NCBI GenBank assembly: GCA_963796285.1 | Contig: CAWCKW010000012.1 | Location: 1,888,001 to 1,952,000 of the forward strand | Direction: 5' to 3' | From: Nitrospirota bacterium | GTDB taxonomy: Bacteria; Nitrospirota; UBA9217 | DNA: 64,000 bases | Part shown: piece after piece, positions 30,888 through 41,431 of the stretch | Layout: each line of letters opens with the position of its first letter | Position numbering within the stretch: position 1 is the stretch's first letter | Notes under the pieces: model-generated | Seen by the model: the letters and a program-made list of their open reading frames with translations, nothing else | The model's database searches: none | What the model was told of the DNA's origin: nothing | Program-made: the position numbers and the translations under genes

Positions 30888-32903
30888 TCATACCCCCGCC
30901 GTCTGCTGCCTTGCTTCCTCTGCACTTACAATGCGCATCCCAACTGCATAATGACGGGCGCCGTACTTTGTCGTCGGTTCAACGAGATGACACCAGATTA
31001 CCACGACCTCATGGCAGATGTCCCAATGCGGAGAATGGATCGTGATGCGGTGTCTGCTGCCGACATCAACGCTTTGGGCCGTTTCCACGCACACCCCTTT
31101 CGCGCTCATATTTATGATCTTGCCTTTTCCGATGTTCTCTAGTTCGGCCCACCACCGCTCGTCGCTCACGAGTCGATTGTCTGAGCGTTTCTTGCGCTGT
31201 TCGCCGGTTATCCACGAATCGACTTCCCGGCCATACTTGAACTGCTGCTTGTGCCGGTACATGAGGGCGTCCGCTTTCGCCATGAGATCTTGGAGCGATC
31301 CACGCTCCGCCGGATCGTAATAGGCAATACCGGTGCTGAATGAAAGCTGATACGGTCGTTCGCCGCTCGCGGTATAAGCAGCCACGTTCTGTTGAAGGTG
31401 CGAGGAGACGACCTGTTCAGTGGCGGTTCCCGGCGGGTTGTCGAACAGCACGGCGAATTCATCGCCTCCCAGCCTCGTGATGATGTCGGATTCACGAAAG
31501 GTTTTCTTCAACAGGTATGCCATGTCTTTCAGAGCGAGATCGCCCTGTTGATGGCTGAACCTGTCATTGATTTCCTTCATGTTGTTCAAGTCCAGATAGA
31601 GAAGCGCCAGGTGTCTTTTCTCGCGATGTGCCACGCGCAACTGGTGCTCCGCTGTCGTGAAGAACCCCCGCCTGTTGAGCAGCCCCGTAAGCTCATCCGT
31701 TGTGGCCGCTTCCCGCAGTTTTCTCTCCAACTTCCTCCGCACGGAAATGTCCCGGTAGACTTCGGCTAAGGACGCGACACTTCCGTCGGATGCAAAGATG
31801 GGCGTGCAGCTAGTGAGATAGTGCCCCTTCAGTCTCTCCACGAATCTCTCTTCGACCTGTTCTTTCCCCGTGGCAATGGCCAAGGCGCCGGGACAGGTGG
31901 AAAGCGGTTTTTCCAGGCCGCAGATGGTGTCATGGCACCGACTTCCGAGAAGATCATCGCGGTTGATTCCCAGCCGGTCGGCCAATGCCTTGTTTGCCCG
32001 TCTGATGACATGCTGATTGTCGATCACGGTAACGATATCCGGAATAGCATCGAACGTTTGCTCCCATTCCTCCTTGGCGAGCATAACTCGTTCCTCCGCT
32101 TTCTTACGCGCACTAATGTCCACGGAAGAGCCGACCATACCGGTAACAACGCCATTTCTGTTCCTCAGAAAAGTGAGGAGCAGGAGTGCATGAAACTCTT
32201 CACCGGACTTTCTTCTCAACAGCACCTCGCATTCGTGTTCCCCCTTTTCCTTGAGAGGTCCAATAACCTCACGCTCAAGGAATGACGACTGCTGCTCAGG
32301 ATAAATGAGCGATATATGTTTACCCAATGCCTCTTCATCGGTATAGGAAAACATCCTTTCCGAACCTTTGTTCCAGCTCGTGATCCTGCCCTCCAGATCT
32401 GTTGTAATGACGGATTCGCGGATTTGGCTCAAAATGATCGCCTGCCTCTGTATCAGGTCGGTATCCCGGACCCGTCGTGTAATATCTTGACCGATTGTTG
32501 ATGAACCGACTATTTCCCCGGTTGCGTTCCTGATAGGGGATATGGTAAGCGACATGTTGATCTGCCGGCCGTCCTTCCGCGACCGCATTGTTTCGAAATG
32601 TTCGATGGTCTCGCCCTGCCGCATTTTTTCCAGGATGCGCTGACTGTCGTCGGCGAGTACCTCGGGAGCGAGCATGGACACGGGGCGGCCGATTACCTCG
32701 GCTTCGGTATAGCCGTAGATCCGTTCGGCACCTTTGTTCCAGGAGGTAATGATACCGTTCAGATCTTTGCCGATGATCGCGTCGTCGGAACCTTCGACGA
32801 TTGCAGCGAGTCTGGCATTCGTCTCGTGAAGCCTTTTCTGCAACAGACTGCTCCGCCGGCGATGTTCAGGGACATTCTCTGATTGGTTGTTTCTGTTCTT
32901 CAT
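30888..32903 (-). CDS. 3xPAS diguanylate cyclase with C-terminal PilZ domain
   Basis: WNKGAERIYG PAS repeats, DELTGLLNRRGF, RESD I-site, RLGGDEF, then RSDNR and NMSAKG. Confidence 0.9.
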   Translation of the reverse strand: MKNRNNQSENVPEHRRRSSLLQKRLHETNARLAAIVEGSDDAIIGKDLNGIITSWNKGAERIYGYTEAEVIGRPVSMLAPEVLADDSQRILEKMRQGETIEHFETMRSRKDGRQINMSLTISPIRNATGEIVGSSTIGQDITRRVRDTDLIQRQAIILSQIRESVITTDLEGRITSWNKGSERMFSYTDEEALGKHISLIYPEQQSSFLEREVIGPLKEKGEHECEVLLRRKSGEEFHALLLLTFLRNRNGVVTGMVGSSVDISARKKAEERVMLAKEEWEQTFDAIPDIVTVIDNQHVIRRANKALADRLGINRDDLLGSRCHDTICGLEKPLSTCPGALAIATGKEQVEERFVERLKGHYLTSCTPIFASDGSVASLAEVYRDISVRRKLERKLREAATTDELTGLLNRRGFFTTAEHQLRVAHREKRHLALLYLDLNNMKEINDRFSHQQGDLALKDMAYLLKKTFRESDIITRLGGDEFAVLFDNPPGTATEQVVSSHLQQNVAAYTASGERPYQLSFSTGIAYYDPAERGSLQDLMAKADALMYRHKQQFKYGREVDSWITGEQRKKRSDNRLVSDERWWAELENIGKGKIINMSAKGVCVETAQSVDVGSRHRITIHSPHWDICHEVVVIWCHLVEPTTKYGARHYAVGMRIVSAEEARQQTAGV

Positions 32904-33105
32904 GACCGGACATTCTCCTGAAAATCGCCGGGCCGGGGCAATAATGTTCGATTTCTTCTTCTGTCGCGCTGCCTGACCTGAACTACCGCATTGATATCCA
33001 CGTTCATCCGCAGGGAATGAACCGTCATCATACGGATGGATGGGCTCAAGCTCGTTTCTCGGGCTGCGCATCTGAAAACTGTTCGTGAATCGATCATACC
33101 GGAGG

Positions 33106-34110
33106 TCATCCCTTCAATAGTATGCCCCTCAACCTTTCCGCATACTGTCCGCCTGATTCGTCATCCGTCACGATCTCGATGTCCTCTGGCCGGGATACGC
33201 CAAGTCCGAGTTCGACCGCACGGCTGATCTGTTCCTGCTCGAATATTTTTTTGTCCATGATAGCCTTGTTGCTGCCGAGTTCTTTCAGGACCGCGATCCC
33301 GACCGCGTCGATGGCGATCCGGTCCGTACCCGCGAGGATGACATTCCCCTGTTTTAGAGGACCGTGCGAAGGGCCCTTGTCCACGAAGGCATCAATGCCA
33401 TCGAGAACGATGAGGGACGGATGGTAGGCAGTATTGATCTCCGCGATCATCTTGCGCATCGCAAGGAAGGATGAATGGAGCTCAGTCATGTTTTTCTTGT
33501 GCGTCATGCCCACGGAGAGCTTGAGCGACATGGTGAAGACCCCTCCGTAGCCGTGCGTCTTGAGACAACAGGTCGTTACCACGCAGGGTGATTCGACCAC
33601 CGGCCTGGCAACGAGAACCCCGTTCCGCCAGTGGCTCCCTTCCGGCTGGATCCTCACCCATTCCGTTCGCGGCAGGTCCTCGAAATTAATGACCGGGATG
33701 CCGAGTTTCCTGCACAGCTCGTAAACCCCCTTCTCTTTCATCACGTCTGCGCTGTCAGGCGGCCCGCTCCGTTCGCCGAGCGTGATGCTCTTCGCCCCCA
33801 TTGCTTGAAGATGGAGCACCAGGCTGGACAATGTATCGTTGTGCGTCGAGCCCGGAAATGGGTCCGCCGTGTTGAAGTTCGGCTTAAGCAGCACATCCTT
33901 GCCCGTGATAGGATTGATCTTCAGAAGGTCAATGGCCCTCCCGATGCCCACCGTTCTGTCGCGGGTCTTGATGAGAGACAGTCGTGCCTTATTGCCCTGC
34001 CTTCCCGCGTATACCGGTTTTGTCACTCCGCCCCCCTCTCCGGCTTCCCCGCTCATGACCGAGACTGCCCCTGCTGCAATGGATATCAGGAATTCACGCC
34101 TGTTCATCAT
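33106..34110 (-). CDS. DUF362-domain protein with Tat signal
   Basis: NRREFL twin-arginine leader; VLLKPN, CLKTH, SLKLSVG, DRIAID. Confidence 0.85.
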   Translation of the reverse strand: MMNRREFLISIAAGAVSVMSGEAGEGGGVTKPVYAGRQGNKARLSLIKTRDRTVGIGRAIDLLKINPITGKDVLLKPNFNTADPFPGSTHNDTLSSLVLHLQAMGAKSITLGERSGPPDSADVMKEKGVYELCRKLGIPVINFEDLPRTEWVRIQPEGSHWRNGVLVARPVVESPCVVTTCCLKTHGYGGVFTMSLKLSVGMTHKKNMTELHSSFLAMRKMIAEINTAYHPSLIVLDGIDAFVDKGPSHGPLKQGNVILAGTDRIAIDAVGIAVLKELGSNKAIMDKKIFEQEQISRAVELGLGVSRPEDIEIVTDDESGGQYAERLRGILLKG

Positions 34111-34689
34111 TCGCCATGATTGTTAATGTTACCCCCCGTCAAGAAGCGATGACAGATCGCGAAACGGTAATGGAGGGTGCCAAGACATGGATGCGCGAGA
34201 CTCATGGGATCACCTAGAGTGTTAGAAGCAACGGACCTATGAATATTGTAGCATGCTATTTCAAACGCCGATTTATTTAGTTCAATGAAATCGCTACAGC
34301 GCTGATAAATCAATGCGTTAGGGCTATCTAATATTCATTTTTCCGGTGCGATTGTAGTATCGCGTTTTCCGGCTTCCCGATGGCCATATTATTTCTCCGA
34401 TTTACAGCAATGGCATTTTTATTGTAATATAATGTGTATGAAGGAAGCAAACGCGCAGCAGCGCAGGTAATCTTCAGGATAGCGGACCGTTGCCTCTGCC
34501 AGCTCCAGCTTTTTACAGAATGTATAGCAGCTGGGAGGGTGGACGGTGAGATTGTTTCGTGAATGGTCAGTCCGAGAAAAGCTTTTTCGTGGGCGTCAGA
34601 GCTATGATTTGGGTCATAGCAAACCGCCGGCGTTTGTTATAGATTACTATCGTACCAATCGTGAATGAGATAACAAGGGGAGGTGTGTT

Positions 34690-34917
34690 ATGGTGTTAAA
34701 AGATCTGGATGTTACGAAAATCATTCCTCGGGACCGGCATCCGCTGATCTTTAGGACCTTTGACGAACTCGAGAAGGGCGCGGCGTTTATTCTCACCAAC
34801 GACCATGATCCGAAGCCGCTCTACTATTCATTCTTGCACGAGCGGGAAGGGCTTTTCGGGTGGGAGTATCTGGAAGAGGGGCCGGTAACCTGGAAGGTAA
34901 AGATCTCAAAGAACTGA
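34690..34917 (+). CDS. DUF2249-domain protein
   Basis: LDV…PRDRHPLIF…NDHDPKPL…WEYLEEGP.W; GGAGG RBS. Confidence 0.9.
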   Translation: MVLKDLDVTKIIPRDRHPLIFRTFDELEKGAAFILTNDHDPKPLYYSFLHEREGLFGWEYLEEGPVTWKVKISKN

Positions 34918-34983
34918 CGCTGGACAGCCGGGGAAGGTGGCCGTTCCCCGGTACTGTTTCAATGATGAAATGGAGGCTCCATC

Positions 34984-35163
34984 GTGACCTTGAATATCGA
35001 TTACGGCCTGTGCGCCGGTTGCGGGGCATGCGCTGAAGTATACCCTCTGCTCTTCGAGATCAGGGATGACAAGGCGTGGATCATCGATTATACGCAGTTC
35101 CATCCCGCAGAGCACAAAGACCTGCCCACCGTCTGCCCTTATCGCGCCATCACCATCGAGTAA
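34984..35163 (+). CDS. single-cluster 4Fe-4S ferredoxin (59 aa, not in ORF track)
   Basis: GTG start after GGAGG; MTLNIDYGLCAGCGACAEVYPLLFEI…VCPYRAITIE (CxxCxxC…CP). Confidence 0.85.
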   Translation: MTLNIDYGLCAGCGACAEVYPLLFEIRDDKAWIIDYTQFHPAEHKDLPTVCPYRAITIE

Positions 35164-35221
35164 CCGGAGGATTCTGAGAGCGGCGCGATCACCACAGCAT
35201 GCCGCTGACACGTGCGGGAGA

Positions 35222-35920
35222 TCACTTCCTGGACGTACTGACTTGGGACTTCTTTTCGACGAACTCTTCGATAGCGGACCTTGCCTCATCGGTAAGCGAT
35301 GAGAATCTGACCCCATACTGGCAGACCTTCGATTCTCCAGCCTGCTTCATGACCCTGACGATCTCTCCGTTCGTTTTTATCTGCGCCGACCCGGGGAGAA
35401 AGAACGAGCACACCAGCTGGTCCCCTTTCTCAAGGCCTTTTATGCTTTCGATAAGAATCCCCGTCGTGCTGATATTTCCCGAGCGGCCGAAGAATGGCCT
35501 GTCCTTATTGCTCCCCTCGATCATCACACTCACGAGAACGCGGTACGACTCCCGCCAGGAGATCTCCAGAAGCTGCCGTACTTTCTCAAGGAGCACAGCG
35601 GGATCCACTGGCATCGTAAGGACCACGTTTGCCTTACATTGCGCGCTTCTCTCGATATCCGCCGCATTGTTCGGACAGATCATCATTATAGATACCTTGC
35701 GTAACGCATCGTCCGACCTTATTGCGGAGCAAAGCTCTTCGCTCTTCATGCCGGGCGCGTTGAGGGTCGTGATAATAACATTGGTCTTTTCCGCCCGGTG
35801 GACAGGCAGCACATCGTCGTTTGTTGCTACCATCAACAGGTTGACACCTTCCCGGTCCAGAAAGCTTTTTTCCTTCGAAATGATCGGGGTGACTTCATCG
35901 GTGACCAGTATCTTTTTCAT
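35222..35920 (-). CDS. pseudo-receiver + PilZ domain protein
   Basis: Degenerate REC (KKILVTDE, phospho-Asp position is Thr); PilZ RESYR and NISTTG, GEIVR, YGVRF. Confidence 0.8.
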   Translation of the reverse strand: MKKILVTDEVTPIISKEKSFLDREGVNLLMVATNDDVLPVHRAEKTNVIITTLNAPGMKSEELCSAIRSDDALRKVSIMMICPNNAADIERSAQCKANVVLTMPVDPAVLLEKVRQLLEISWRESYRVLVSVMIEGSNKDRPFFGRSGNISTTGILIESIKGLEKGDQLVCSFFLPGSAQIKTNGEIVRVMKQAGESKVCQYGVRFSSLTDEARSAIEEFVEKKSQVSTSRK

Positions 35921-36092
35921 GTTTAGTCCCTTTTTTCGGCCGTATTTGATTTGGCTCAAACAGCGGGATTCGTGGCACTAGTGTACCATAGTTGATTTCA
36001 TCACGCAAAAACTATTTTATCATCCGGCATGGATCGTCGATGTACTGCATCCTGAAGGAGTCACCCGCAGGCAGGCTTTCCTTCCCAACGAG

Positions 36093-38540
36093 GTGAGGAG
36101 TGTTGGAAAAAAATTCTCCTCAAATGAAAGCAGTTGCCGTCTAACCAGGCACTTTTTTGCTGTGCTTTACATCCTGCGGACAGGAGGCTATACTATAACC
36201 ATTCAAGAACAGGAGGACATGTCGTTCAGTACGGGAGTGATCACTATGAAAGCATTTACAGAGAACTTCATGGTCCGTTGCTGTCTTTTCAGGAAATTTT
36301 TTAGCCATGCACAAGGACTGATACAAGCCTGCCGAGGCCTGCCCCGCTGCGATGAACAGAGGGGCGGGAATGACTCCCGGCGGATACTGCTGAGTGCCCT
36401 GTTGTTTTTCGTAATCACGGTATACGCGCTCACGTCGCAGGCCCAGGATGCCTTCCTTCATCATGACCTCAAGGTGCTCATTTCACCGGCGGAACATCGA
36501 CTTGAGGTTCTCGACCTGGTCACGCTGCCGAATGAATTTCAGAACAAGGTCACCTTCTCTCTCCACTCCGGTTTAAAACCGATGTCCCCCACTCCCGGCG
36601 TGCGCATCATGAAACTGGCGGAGAGGCGGGGTGCCGTCCCGCTGTCATCGTTTAACATCATCCTTCCGCCCGGCCTGCGAACGTTCGCGGTCGCGTATAA
36701 AGGCACCATTCACCATCCCATCGAGCAACACGGCAAGGAAGAGACGCGCGGGTTTCAGGAGACGCCGGGCATCATCTCCGCTCAGGGCGTGTTCCTGTCC
36801 GGAGCCTCCGCTTGGTACCCTGATTTCGGACCGCGATTGGTGACCTTCAACCTTGCAGTGAAGCTGCCGCCGGACTGGGACGCGGTCAGCCAGGGAGAAC
36901 GCACGGTCCATGTTCAGGGCGGAAGTGCTGCCGTAGTTGCCTGGAGATCGCCCGAGCCTCAGAATGAGATATATATCATTGCCGGAAATTTTACCGAATA
37001 CACCGGTCCTGCAGCCCACCCGCAGGCAATGGTCTTCCTGCGTACGCCCGATGAGACCCTGGCAAACAGATACCTCGATGCCACGACGCGTTATCTTGAT
37101 ATGTACAGCGGCCTCATCGGCCCCTATCCCTATGGGAAATTTGCCCTTGTCGAGAACTTCTGGGAAACGGGGTTCGGCATGCCCTCGTTCACGCTGCTCG
37201 GGCCCACGGTCATCCGCCTCCCCTTCATCATCAGGACGTCCTACCCCCACGAGATCCTGCATAACTGGTGGGGCAACAGCGTGTTCCCGGACTATGAAAA
37301 AGGGAACTGGTCCGAAGGGCTCACCTCCTACCTCGCGGACCATTTGATGAAAGAGCTGGAGGGCAGCGGAGCCGAGTACCGATTGGATACGCTCCAGAAG
37401 TACGCGGACTACGTGCTCGGCAGCAGGGACTTCCCGCTCACAAAATTCCGCTCGCGCCACAGCTCTTCAACCGAGGCCATCGGATATGGCAAGTCGCTCA
37501 TGTTCTTTCATATGCTGCGCCTCGAACTTGGTGATGATGCGTTCCGGCAAGGGCTCAGGGAATTCTACCAACAGAATAAATTTCATACTGCTACCTATAC
37601 GAGTATCCGCACCAGTTTTGAACATGTTTCAGGAAGGGACTTGCGACCTGAGTTCGAACAATGGGTCTCCCGCACCGGGGCGCCAATGCTCCGGCTGGGT
37701 GACGTGACCGCAAAAAAACACGGGGACCACTACCTCGTGACCGTCATGATCAAGCAGGTCCAGCCCGGAGCAGCCTACCGTCTTCACATTCCGGTGGCGG
37801 TGACCCAGGACGGAAAGGACCAGGCGCTCCAGACATTCGTTGATCTGTCGGAAAGAGCTCAGGAGATGACGATCTCCGTCCCCGCGCGGCCGATCAGGCT
37901 CGATATCGATCCAGAGTTCGATCTCTTCCGCAGGCTCGATCGGGAGGAGATCCCGCCCTCCATCTCACAGGCCCTCGGCGCAAAAAAAATGCTGGTCATC
38001 CTCCCGTCCCGTGCAGGCAGCGGACTGTTGCAGGCATACCGTGAATTCTCGAAGACTCTGGCAACGTCCGGTCCTGACAACGTCGAGGTGAAGCTTGATT
38101 CTGCCGTCAGTAAGCTGCCGGATGACCGCGCCATCGCGATCCTCGGATGGGAGAACCGTTTCCTGGAGGAAATCGAATCGAGTACTTCCCTGAATGGAGT
38201 TGCTGTTACAAAACAGTCTGTACGCATCGACCAGACCGAGGTGCCCCGCAAAGACCATTCCATCGTGCTTACTGCCCGCATGCCGAAGAAAAGGGAACTT
38301 GCCCTGCTGTTCATCGCTACCGACCTTCCGGAAACCCTGCCCGGCCTTGGCCGGAAACTGCCGCATTACCATAAGTACAGCTATCTCGCTTTTGAAGGAC
38401 AGGAGCCCGCTAATATTGCCAAGGGCCGGTGGCCGGTGCTCAATTCTCCCATGACCGTGTACCTTCCAGACAAAGAAGGCAATGTTGTTGCCTCTCCTCT
38501 GGGCAAACTTGCGTCCCGGAAACCGCTCGTTACGTTCTGA
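36093..38540 (+). CDS. M1 family aminopeptidase, probably exported
   Basis: GPYPYGKFALVEN, GFGMPSF, HEILHNWWGN…WSEGL, GYGKS, IDPEFDLFR. The true start is probably downstream of 36093. Confidence 0.85.
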   Translation: MRSVGKKFSSNESSCRLTRHFFAVLYILRTGGYTITIQEQEDMSFSTGVITMKAFTENFMVRCCLFRKFFSHAQGLIQACRGLPRCDEQRGGNDSRRILLSALLFFVITVYALTSQAQDAFLHHDLKVLISPAEHRLEVLDLVTLPNEFQNKVTFSLHSGLKPMSPTPGVRIMKLAERRGAVPLSSFNIILPPGLRTFAVAYKGTIHHPIEQHGKEETRGFQETPGIISAQGVFLSGASAWYPDFGPRLVTFNLAVKLPPDWDAVSQGERTVHVQGGSAAVVAWRSPEPQNEIYIIAGNFTEYTGPAAHPQAMVFLRTPDETLANRYLDATTRYLDMYSGLIGPYPYGKFALVENFWETGFGMPSFTLLGPTVIRLPFIIRTSYPHEILHNWWGNSVFPDYEKGNWSEGLTSYLADHLMKELEGSGAEYRLDTLQKYADYVLGSRDFPLTKFRSRHSSSTEAIGYGKSLMFFHMLRLELGDDAFRQGLREFYQQNKFHTATYTSIRTSFEHVSGRDLRPEFEQWVSRTGAPMLRLGDVTAKKHGDHYLVTVMIKQVQPGAAYRLHIPVAVTQDGKDQALQTFVDLSERAQEMTISVPARPIRLDIDPEFDLFRRLDREEIPPSISQALGAKKMLVILPSRAGSGLLQAYREFSKTLATSGPDNVEVKLDSAVSKLPDDRAIAILGWENRFLEEIESSTSLNGVAVTKQSVRIDQTEVPRKDHSIVLTARMPKKRELALLFIATDLPETLPGLGRKLPHYHKYSYLAFEGQEPANIAKGRWPVLNSPMTVYLPDKEGNVVASPLGKLASRKPLVTF

Positions 38541-39004
38541 CGGCTCTTTCCGATTACCGCATGACGGAGACCATATGGATCTTGTCGAGCCATGAGAATG
38601 CCGGGCGGTGACCATGAGGGAAACGGGTTTCAGTTCTGGGAGGACATTGAGGGAGCTCCGGTTTAAAAACAACCATGAGGCATGGTATCGGCATCATCCC
38701 TGGGAAGAAGCCGGAGACACGGTGTTCATTTACGTCATGAGAGATGGCAGGGAATCGATGGATCAGACCATTACAAGGGAGCGGCAGGAAGGTTTTTTCG
38801 CGCCGTCATCAAAGGAACGCCTTTTTCTGGGGCGTTCAAACCATGCTATACTTGTGATGGGTGAGTTGTGCGCCCGTAATCGGGAATGAGCATGAGTCAT
38901 TCAATCGTCTTTACCAACGGTCTTTATTTGTCGTAAACGGATGGGGATGAGATAATAAATGTTGGACGTGCTGAATAATCAGGGTTCGTACTACTAACAT
39001 CCCA

Positions 39005-40168
39005 ATGATGAGAAACAAGCCCATATTCGGTCTTCGCTTCGAAGTAAGCGAGGAATTCTCGCCAACACTTGGGGAAATAAGTGTTTTTCTTGAAAGCCCG
39101 AAAAAGGAAGGCCGGCGGGAACTGCATGGTCTCGATCTGGCAAGATATAATAAGTTGCTCGATGACATTTTGGCGTTCGATCTTTATCAGCGATTGAACG
39201 CGGGACACCAGGACCTCCGGGAAAGAATGTTCTACGAAGTACTCAGTCATTCCTGCTTTTTCAATACCGCACTCAAATCCGCCGTGGAACAATATAAATA
39301 TTACGTGCACGAGCTGACAACACTCAATTTCAAGAAGCCGACGGCGTTCATCAAGACCGCCAAAGAAGAGATGGGCCGGTTAAACCCGAAGAAAAAGAAT
39401 GACGCAGCCAAGCTGGCCAGGCTTCAGAACATGGTCGATGACCGAGCACGGACGATCAAAGCACTTTTACGACGCCGGGCGACGTTAGCCGATGAGTTGA
39501 ACTGCCTCGCGCGGTACATCAGAGACAATCTATCAGAGATCGCAAAACTCTGCGGAACATCGATCTCTATTCTCAGGGACCTTAAGACGGAGGGTCAAGA
39601 GGAACGCCGTTTGATCGATGAAATTAAAACCTATTTTAAAGAACAGCTCAAGAATGCGCTGCACCAGGGTGCGATCACCAAGCAGGACCTTGAGACCGCT
39701 AAAAAAGATGTCTCCGTTCTCTCCCGTGAGGTGTCGGCCCTCCTCAGGGAAGATAGCGACGCCCTGACGCACTTATACGAAGCCATTCGCGACCATACGA
39801 AGAAGAGTGTCCTCGAAATCGCGAACCTGCTGGTAAAGATCGACACCAAAAAAAAGATCCGGGACTTCGAAGGGTTCGACAGGCTCTTCACACTTGTCGA
39901 GCCGGTACTGGTCTCACTTATCTCAGATTATAACTTCGAGCTCGATATGAAACCGGCTCACACCGAGACGGCACATGAACACATTCTCTTGGAAAAGAGA
40001 AAAGAGAATCTAAACCACATTGTTGAAGTGCTGCAGAAAGAGCGCCGGTTAAGGAGTCCTCGAAGAAAAGTTGCGGAGCGAAGAAAATCCAGGGACCCAA
40101 ACTATAAAAATCCTGAGCGGAGAACTGGAAAAGACAAAAGGACCGGTAAGAAAATCAGAGCGCAGTAG
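39005..40168 (+). CDS. hypothetical alpha-helical protein with C-terminal ERR/RR repeats
   Basis: 387-aa open frame, coiled-coil-like; ends ERRLRSPRRKVAERRK…ERRTGKDKR. Confidence 0.65.
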   Translation: MMRNKPIFGLRFEVSEEFSPTLGEISVFLESPKKEGRRELHGLDLARYNKLLDDILAFDLYQRLNAGHQDLRERMFYEVLSHSCFFNTALKSAVEQYKYYVHELTTLNFKKPTAFIKTAKEEMGRLNPKKKNDAAKLARLQNMVDDRARTIKALLRRRATLADELNCLARYIRDNLSEIAKLCGTSISILRDLKTEGQEERRLIDEIKTYFKEQLKNALHQGAITKQDLETAKKDVSVLSREVSALLREDSDALTHLYEAIRDHTKKSVLEIANLLVKIDTKKKIRDFEGFDRLFTLVEPVLVSLISDYNFELDMKPAHTETAHEHILLEKRKENLNHIVEVLQKERRLRSPRRKVAERRKSRDPNYKNPERRTGKDKRTGKKIRAQ

Positions 40169-40349
40169 GTTTATCCGCAAGTGAATTGCCTGCATCCTGT
40201 TTCCGACCAGCAGGTGGGGGTGACGCATGTCCCCCGGTGAATCTCCCCGACAAACCCCTTCTGCTGTTCCAGGATCGTGAATGACGGGACTCCACTCTTA
40301 ACGAAATCCCTTCTCATGGTTTTTCCGCATCTCTGTTCGCAGCATACCT

Positions 40350-41084
40350 TCACCATCCTTCGCCCAGCCGTTCAGCGAGCTGTGGCGGCAATCCCGCTCG
40401 AATGACCTTGTCCTGGCATGTTCGAATGTCGTACTCTACGCGGTGGAAGATGATGAAGTGATCGGTCGAATCGTATACCAGGAACGCAGCTCGGGGATCG
40501 CCATCGCGCGGCTGTCCCACGCTGCCGGGATTGATCAGATAGCGCTTTTCCGCGGAAAGGGACAGGTCGAGCGACAGTTCCCGTGATATAACGCCTCGGT
40601 GATCAATGAATGCAGTCCTCACATGCGTGTGTCCGAAGAAGCCGAGCTTCAAAGCGCCGGACAACCCGGCAAGCAACTGAAAGTTGTCCTTAATGTCGTC
40701 GCGGGACAGAATATACCGGTTGGTATTATTGATGGAACCGTGAAAGAGAACATAGTCGCGCGCCCTTATTTCTCGCGGCATCTCCAGGAGAAAGGATCGG
40801 TTCACTTCTGTCAGGTGTTCACGGGTCCAGATAAGCGCCCTGCGTGCGAGCGCATTGAACCGGTAAGGCTCTTCCAGTCCAGATGCGCAGGCATCGTGGT
40901 TGCCAAGCACGCTCAGGATCTTTTCGTTCCGCAGGATGTCGACACACTCGTTCGGGTTTGCGTTGTATCCAACGATATCACCGAGGCAGACGATCTCATC
41001 TACCTTGAGCGCGTGGATCCGCTCAAGCACAACTTGCAGCGCTTCGAGATTCGCGTGGATATCCGCAATAACGGCAATACGCAT
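40350..41084 (-). CDS. calcineurin-like metallophosphoesterase
   Basis: DIHAN, GDIVGY, GNHD, FHGS, GHTH, NPGSVGQPRDGDPRA. Confidence 0.93.
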   Translation of the reverse strand: MRIAVIADIHANLEALQVVLERIHALKVDEIVCLGDIVGYNANPNECVDILRNEKILSVLGNHDACASGLEEPYRFNALARRALIWTREHLTEVNRSFLLEMPREIRARDYVLFHGSINNTNRYILSRDDIKDNFQLLAGLSGALKLGFFGHTHVRTAFIDHRGVISRELSLDLSLSAEKRYLINPGSVGQPRDGDPRAAFLVYDSTDHFIIFHRVEYDIRTCQDKVIRAGLPPQLAERLGEGW

Positions 41085-41214
41085 AGAACACCCATGGGGA
41101 CGCAATTCGTCACCCTGCCCTGATACCTATTGTAGCAAATTCAGGCAGCGGCAAGTTGTGATATTATTGATTCAATAAAAGTATCATACGTGAGAAGAAC
41201 CGGAGGTGGAGATC

Positions 41215-41382
41215 ATGCCGTCATATGATTATGCATGCAGGGACTGCGGGAAGGATTTTATGATATTTCTCTCGCTGAAGGAGATGGAGGCAAAGCCGAA
41301 GATCATTTGTCCGCATTGCGGGAGCGACAACGTCGGAAAAAAATTTACGGCATTTTTTGCCAAGACCGATAAAAAGTCATGA
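41215..41382 (+). CDS. FmdB-family zinc-ribbon protein (55 aa, not in ORF track)
   Basis: MPSYDYACRDCGKDF…ICPHCGSDNV…; GGAGG RBS. Confidence 0.88.
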   Translation: MPSYDYACRDCGKDFMIFLSLKEMEAKPKIICPHCGSDNVGKKFTAFFAKTDKKS

Positions 41383-41431
41383 TCGGAAAACCTCGCGTAT
41401 TTGCATTCATGGTCGCAGAATTCCATCTTGT

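Noticed and set aside
34411-34426. sigma54-like TGGCATTTTTATTGTA upstream of DUF2249
   Set aside because: The -12 element is GT rather than GC in AT-rich DNA; insufficient alone.
38560-38890. 93-aa ORF with PDZ-like GDTVFIYVMRDG
   Set aside because: Only a short degraded fragment; at best a PDZ remnant.
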